This document shows positions 59,101 through 64,000 of a stretch of DNA of 64,000 nucleotides, in pieces. The notes under the pieces were generated by a model, which did no database searches, was not told the origin of the DNA, and saw only the letters and a list, made by a program, of their open reading frames with translations. Each line of letters opens with the position of its first letter. The first letter of the stretch is position 1. The DNA is from Dudresnaya verticillata (taxonomy: Eukaryota). The stretch lies in NCBI GenBank assembly GCA_977862235.1, contig OZ374564.1, positions 248,001 through 312,000 of the forward strand, read 5' to 3'. Both the position numbers and the translations under genes were made by a program.

Positions 59101-60163
59101 CAACAGACAGTAGGGGTGGGAAGGGGGCGCGGGGGCGGTGGTGGCGGATGTGGGGGATCTGGTGAGGAAGGCTGGAACGTTGCTGTTGCATTGGAGGCGG
59201 GTGGGATGCGGGCATTGTTGGAACGGGTTTGGTGCTGCGGCAAGCGAGCGAAAGCGGAGTTTGAAGGCGGCGAGTGTGACAGGGGGACAGTCAGTGGGGA
59301 TTTTGGTGACGGGTCGAAAGACTCGCAGGGCGTGCGTGGCTGCGACGATGACAAAAGTGGGTATGTGACGTGGCGGCTGCCGCGCGAGGTGGACCGCGGC
59401 GGCGACGGCGGCAGTGGCGGTGAGATGGAGGCGGCGCAGATGGATTGCCGCGCACGACACGCGCTTCCGATGCATCGACGCATTCAGGCGGGCCATCGCG
59501 CGGCGGATTGCGACGGCGGTTGCATGGGCGAGGCGAGATGCTGGGCGAAGCAAGTGGGAGCGGGCGTGGGAGTGGGAGCGCGAGTCGGGGGCGCATTGGG
59601 TGCAGCGGCCGCGTCCGGTACACGGGTACGCTGCATTGTACGTTAGAAACTTTGACTGGGCTTGCGGCGGGCAGGCGGCGGGCGGCGGGCGACGGAGAGG
59701 GGCGGCGTTCATGCTGTTGGCGCCAGCGATCACCTTCACATGCGCATTTTGGAAACCGCGAAATTTCACGCCGAGACGCGCCGGCGCTCAGCAAATTCAG
59801 TGTAGACCGCTGTAAGCCGCGACGTGTCCTTCGCGCCGCGCGCCCATTGGCGCGCGTCGCGAGCCGCGCTGCCTCGTCCCACGCGCGCCATCGCCCGCAA
59901 CGCCCCTCCGCCACGTCTGCACGCGGCAGCCGGGCGAGGCCGAAGGCGCGCACGCGGCAGCCCACTGCGCGGCGCGGCGGCTTAAAACCGCGCGCGGGAG
60001 TCGCGGCTCGGCGCTGTCCGCGTCCCTGCCTGCGCGTCGAACGGGCGCCTGAAGCCTGCCTCTTGCCCACCGCCGCCGCCGCCGCTGCGCGCGCTCGACG
60101 GACCGACGGATCGACGGGCGGACCATCGCCGCCGTGCTCACCCGCGCACCCCCGCGCCGCGCC

Positions 60164-60520
60164 ATGCCGGCGCTGCCGCACGGCCACGGGTGCCTGCTGT
60201 GCGCGCTCGGCGCGCCGCACGCGCCGCGCGAGCACCCCGCCGTGGCGCGCGCGCGCGCAGACCCCGCCGCTGTTGATGTGCGCGAGTGGCCGCCGCCGCG
60301 GCGCGAGGCTCGGCCGCTCCTGCGCGGCAGCCTGCTCGCAGCTGGCGCTGGCTTGGTGCCGCGCCGAAGTGGAGCCGCGGCCGCAGCCGCAGCCGCAGCC
60401 GCAGTCGCTGCCGCTGCGGCGGCCGCAGAGCTCCCAGCGCTCGACCCGCCCTCCAGAAACTCCTCCGGGGAGAGCTTGTGCAGCTTGGACGCTGACCATG
60501 CTGCTGGTGTTGCCTTGTGA
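60164..60520 (+). CDS. Candidate small orphan protein (118 aa) with an HGHGCLLC-x5-H motif and an Ala run
   Basis: GCCATG start inside a CG island, downstream of ATTGG (~59846) and TTAAAA (~59982). GC drops soon after the stop. No family recognised. Confidence 0.35.
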   Translation: MPALPHGHGCLLCALGAPHAPREHPAVARARADPAAVDVREWPPPRREARPLLRGSLLAAGAGLVPRRSGAAAAAAAAAAVAAAAAAAELPALDPPSRNSSGESLCSLDADHAAGVAL

Positions 60521-62406
60521 CTTGGCGTGGAGAGCTTTGGAGAAGGGCTGTGTGGCTGCTAACTTGTACTAATATTGTTAAAGTAGGGTGTGTTTGATGA
60601 AAGAGGGCACCGCGGCTGTCTGGCGCCGCGGCTTTCTGGCGCTCTAGCTTCGTTTCCCTTGCGCTGATCGTTTCAGTTCGACTTGGACTTTGTGCTTGCT
60701 ATTCAGCTCTCTCGTTTCAGTAGTGCTACTGCGGGCTGTCCGTGGCGTTTTCCGCGCATCTAGCGCCAGGACAGGAGCTCAGCAACCTCTCTTTCCAGAC
60801 CGTGCGTCGTTCTATGCATCGGGGATATCTACAATGGTTGGTGGCAAAATGCCCCACGTTTGCTTCTGGCTTGTTGCCACTCGGCTCGCGCTTTTTCGTT
60901 TCCAACTAGAGCTCTCATTCGTACCACCTTGGACAGCCACTCATACAAGTCAGTGCACTTTGCTTTTGCATCGTCCCATGGATTGCTGTATCACGCAATG
61001 GCAATTGCCATTACCGTAGTCTCATCCTTTTCATCATTGCTACCGCACCTCTGGCTGACGGCAATCCACGCCTTGCGCAACCGCACTGGCCACCCATTTG
61101 GCTCACACCGCTTGCTTCTCACTCACCTTATCATGCACTCTCCTTGCGTCACTAATTCTCGATGTGCAAGATGATTGCGGATCACTGGGGAACGTTGCCC
61201 GACTCAACGCACAACTGCCGTTGCGTGCGTGCATAAGCACGTCAACCCCGCCCGCCCGTATCCCACCCCACCCCGCGGCATCACGAAAAACGGGTTACAC
61301 GCCGCGATCTACATTCGTCCCCCATCTCCTGACGTGTCCGCCGCAAGTCGCGCCACTGCACCGCGACAGCGCTCCATCGCGGGGTCGGATTGCACACAAG
61401 CGCGCGCGCGCGCAGGTCATACAGCATAGATCGCGTACGGGTACATCTGCGCGCGGCCTGCGTGTCAACCCGCTGGGGCGGCAGGCTACGAACCGCGCAC
61501 GACGCCAACAAACTTGGGCTTCCTTACGGAACGCACCGACGCCGGCCGTGCCTGCCGCGGCCCGACGGCCGCGCGCTTTCTGTTGCTGTCGCTGCCCCTG
61601 GCAGCGCTTTCGCTCTCCGAATTGGCTGTTCCCCCGTGCGCGGCCATCGCTTGCGCGGCTTTGGGCCGTCGTGCGCGGGAGAAGTGAAAACAGCCAATTG
61701 CCGTGGTTGGCCTTGCGCGGTACAGGACACATGGTACAGGTACTCTCCAGAGCTGGTTGTTGAGCCGGATGGGATTCCTCGAACTGGATTGCAGGGGAAG
61801 ATGCGCATTGGCCGATCGTGTTTGCACGGTATTGTGTGATTGGCTGCTTCATGACGTATGATTGCGTCACTGCATCGGTGGCAATCCTGGCAGCTCTGCG
61901 CTTCTGACATTTCGAAGCGCCGCAGCGCTCGCGATGGCACGCTTTTATTTGGCGCAGGCAGCTGCTAATTTTATTTTACGGACTTCTGTGGCTGTGAAGG
62001 CGCTTCACAGAAGGGGACACTACGGAACCGGCTCAGGATTAGTTCCTGCTTTGCCCTCGGTACCCTGGTTCTGTTGCGAATCGAAAGCAATGGCAAGTGA
62101 ACAGAATCCTGATATGTTCTCTTCAGAAAAGTTCCTACTGGCCGCAAGGCTTCAGTCAGCAGAATCTCCCTGCATGTATCGTGAGAAGTTCTGCTGCAGC
62201 ACCTTTTCTCTTGATTGAAGGCAAGTCACAACTCATATTTTTGTGGATGGGGACTCTAACCCTTTGGTCGCGGTATTATGGAAAAATATCGCTGGTGCCT
62301 GACACAGGCTCCGGGAACATTGGCGATTCTCGCAGAAGGATGCGGCAATACTCACAGCCCAAGCCACATACGGCGTGGTTTATGTGGGAGAGTAATGGCG
62401 GGCTCT

Positions 62407-62407
<1 letters not shown>

Positions 62408-62443
<36 letters not shown>
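62408..62443. repeat. (CT)18 microsatellite
   Basis: Perfect dinucleotide run. Confidence 0.93.
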
Positions 62444-62448
<5 letters not shown>

Positions 62449-63092
62449 TCCCCCTCTCAGTTCCTACGCATCAAGGAACAAGAGAGTGGTGTTCTCCCGA
62501 GCGCGCTCGCTCCTGTCATGCATGTGGGCTGCCGATGAGTTTAAAACATTTTTCGCGCAAACAAGCAGGGAATGCTGACGATGGACCGTGGACTTCTCTC
62601 GCGAAGGCGGCTGGACACATGGAAGGTGAGATTCTGAGCTAGGGTTGGAGAGTGCAGCACGGAGCCCAAAATATTTGGGCGTCGGTGCCTCCCGCGGGCT
62701 TACAGAAGCCCTCTGTAAGGCTGCCGGTGACGTTTTACGATGCCGATGAGGAACAACCTGAAAAAAAAAGCCTGTTCCCAAATTCCCCCAAAAGAGCCCC
62801 TTTCGCGCACTTTCGCGACTCTCACACTCACTTCACACGCCCACAGACCAAACTGTGCCACAAGGCCCTGTCCTTGTCCTGCTTGACGGTACAGCAACAG
62901 GCCTGGAGTCGCCTCCCTTCTGACCCAGCCCATCCCCCGCGCTTCATGCCGCGCCGCGCCCCGCCAGTCGGTGGCCGCCACCCGCACCCGCCCCGCCAGT
63001 GACCCCGCGCCCCCCTCCCACAAGCTCCCCCCCCCACCCCACCCCACCCTCCCCGCCCAGACACTGCGCGCCCCGCCCACCGCTGCCGCCCC

Positions 63093-64000
63093 ATGAAGGG
63101 CATCTTCCAGACCTTCTACAAGAAGCCCAAGGCCGCGCGCAAGGTCCACGAGCTAGTCGATGGCGTCTTCATCGCCCTCTATGATGAGAACTCCTTTGCG
63201 GATGACATGGGCCATGCGCTGCAGAAGGCCTACCGCAAGTATGGCGAGACACGCCAGGTCCTCGTGCTCGACGCTGGCGCACGCGGCGAGGAGCCCTGGA
63301 TGACAGACATCTTCCCTGGTGTCCTTGTCACCACCACCGCCCATCTGGGACCCTACTTCCTCGTTCCTTCACTCTCTTCGCTGTTCGAGGTTTGTGCCGA
63401 TGCGTGCGACTGGCTCACCAGCGGCGTCAGGTCTGGCAAGCAGCACATCGTCCTCATTCTTGCGCGAAACGAAATCTGCGACGATTATCGCCCGCTTACG
63501 GCCCTGGCGCTGGTCGCAAGCGCATATTTGACATACGTGCGTGTCTACGAGAATGGCATTGGCGCCTTGGAAGCATTCAAAAAGCTCGTGAAAGATACGG
63601 GCATGTGCTCCGAGCGGCAACTGCAGAACGACACCCTCGTTCCAAATCTGTACCAGTACCTCAGGTTCTTTACCATGCTGCGGATCAATAAGAAATTTCC
63701 CAATGTTCGTCCACTGCAGATGGCAAAAATCCTCGTCCAAGGGTCTGTGCTTATCGATGATCAGCCTTGGAATCCTGTTGTGCGCATCTACCAACCGGGA
63801 AGGGCAGAAGGCCGTCAGTGCACCACCATTACGCAGAAGGACAATGGTCTTGGAAATGATGTTATGATTGGCACGGGCTATGCGAGTTTCGTATTGGACG
63901 AGGTTATTGCGGGCGACGTAGTCATTGCGTTTGAACACTGGGTTCCGATTAGTGACGATACCAGGCCAGTGTTTACTATTGCAAGACATACAGGGTTCTT
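63093..64000 (+). CDS. PTEN/tensin-type pseudophosphatase + C2 domain protein, probably a class II formin (3' truncated by window)
   Basis: Manually translated open frame from ATG 63093 to the window end: MKGIFQTFYKKPK..., PSLSSLFEVCADACDWL, HIVLILA, PNLYQYLRFF, NPVVRIY, IAGDVVIAFEH, VFTIARHTGF. It is missing from the ORF track because there is no stop in the window. Confidence 0.8.
   Translation, partial: MKGIFQTFYKKPKAARKVHELVDGVFIALYDENSFADDMGHALQKAYRKYGETRQVLVLDAGARGEEPWMTDIFPGVLVTTTAHLGPYFLVPSLSSLFEVCADACDWLTSGVRSGKQHIVLILARNEICDDYRPLTALALVASAYLTYVRVYENGIGALEAFKKLVKDTGMCSERQLQNDTLVPNLYQYLRFFTMLRINKKFPNVRPLQMAKILVQGSVLIDDQPWNPVVRIYQPGRAEGRQCTTITQKDNGLGNDVMIGTGYASFVLDEVIAGDVVIAFEHWVPISDDTRPVFTIARHTGF

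Noticed and set aside
1..64000. tRNA, rRNA, snRNA genes, intact transposons, or a gasdermin partner for the CHAT protease
   Set aside because: None recognisable by eye; tRNAscan, Infernal and HMM searches would be needed to exclude them.

Overview
Eukaryotic nuclear DNA, most likely from a red alga (florideophyte-like). This is inferred from compact genes, few short GT-AG introns with GTA(A/C/T)GT donors and CTAAC branch points, an M-x-AFV plastid-type transit peptide, a plant-type class II formin N-terminus and recurrent TACTGTA/TACAGTA words. About 18 protein-coding genes are supportable: AspRS (3' end), an ATD-less glutamate-receptor-like channel, a macrodomain plus Cys/Pro-repeat protein, a polyQ bZIP, an Old Yellow Enzyme, a C2H2 zinc-finger protein, a 1336-aa CHAT protease-STAND NTPase-TPR protein, RPS15A, a SIM-rich RING-H2 ligase, a rhodanese, an unknown coiled-coil membrane protein, an Ldh_2-family dehydrogenase, a DCAF11/LEC14B-like WD40 protein, RPL21, a PhzF-family protein, a 3xRRM protein, an ABHD17-like hydrolase and a PTEN/C2 formin-like gene running off the right end (absent from the ORF track). 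The best novel-system candidate is the intronless, bacterial-looking NLR-like CHAT-STAND-TPR receptor-protease. Next are the degenerate bacterial-type macrodomain fusion, the compact GLR with an altered gate motif and a candidate SUMO-targeted ubiquitin ligase. Most long Arg/Ala/Pro ORFs in the track are artefacts of CG-rich islands. All family calls come from motif recognition by eye; no searches were run.
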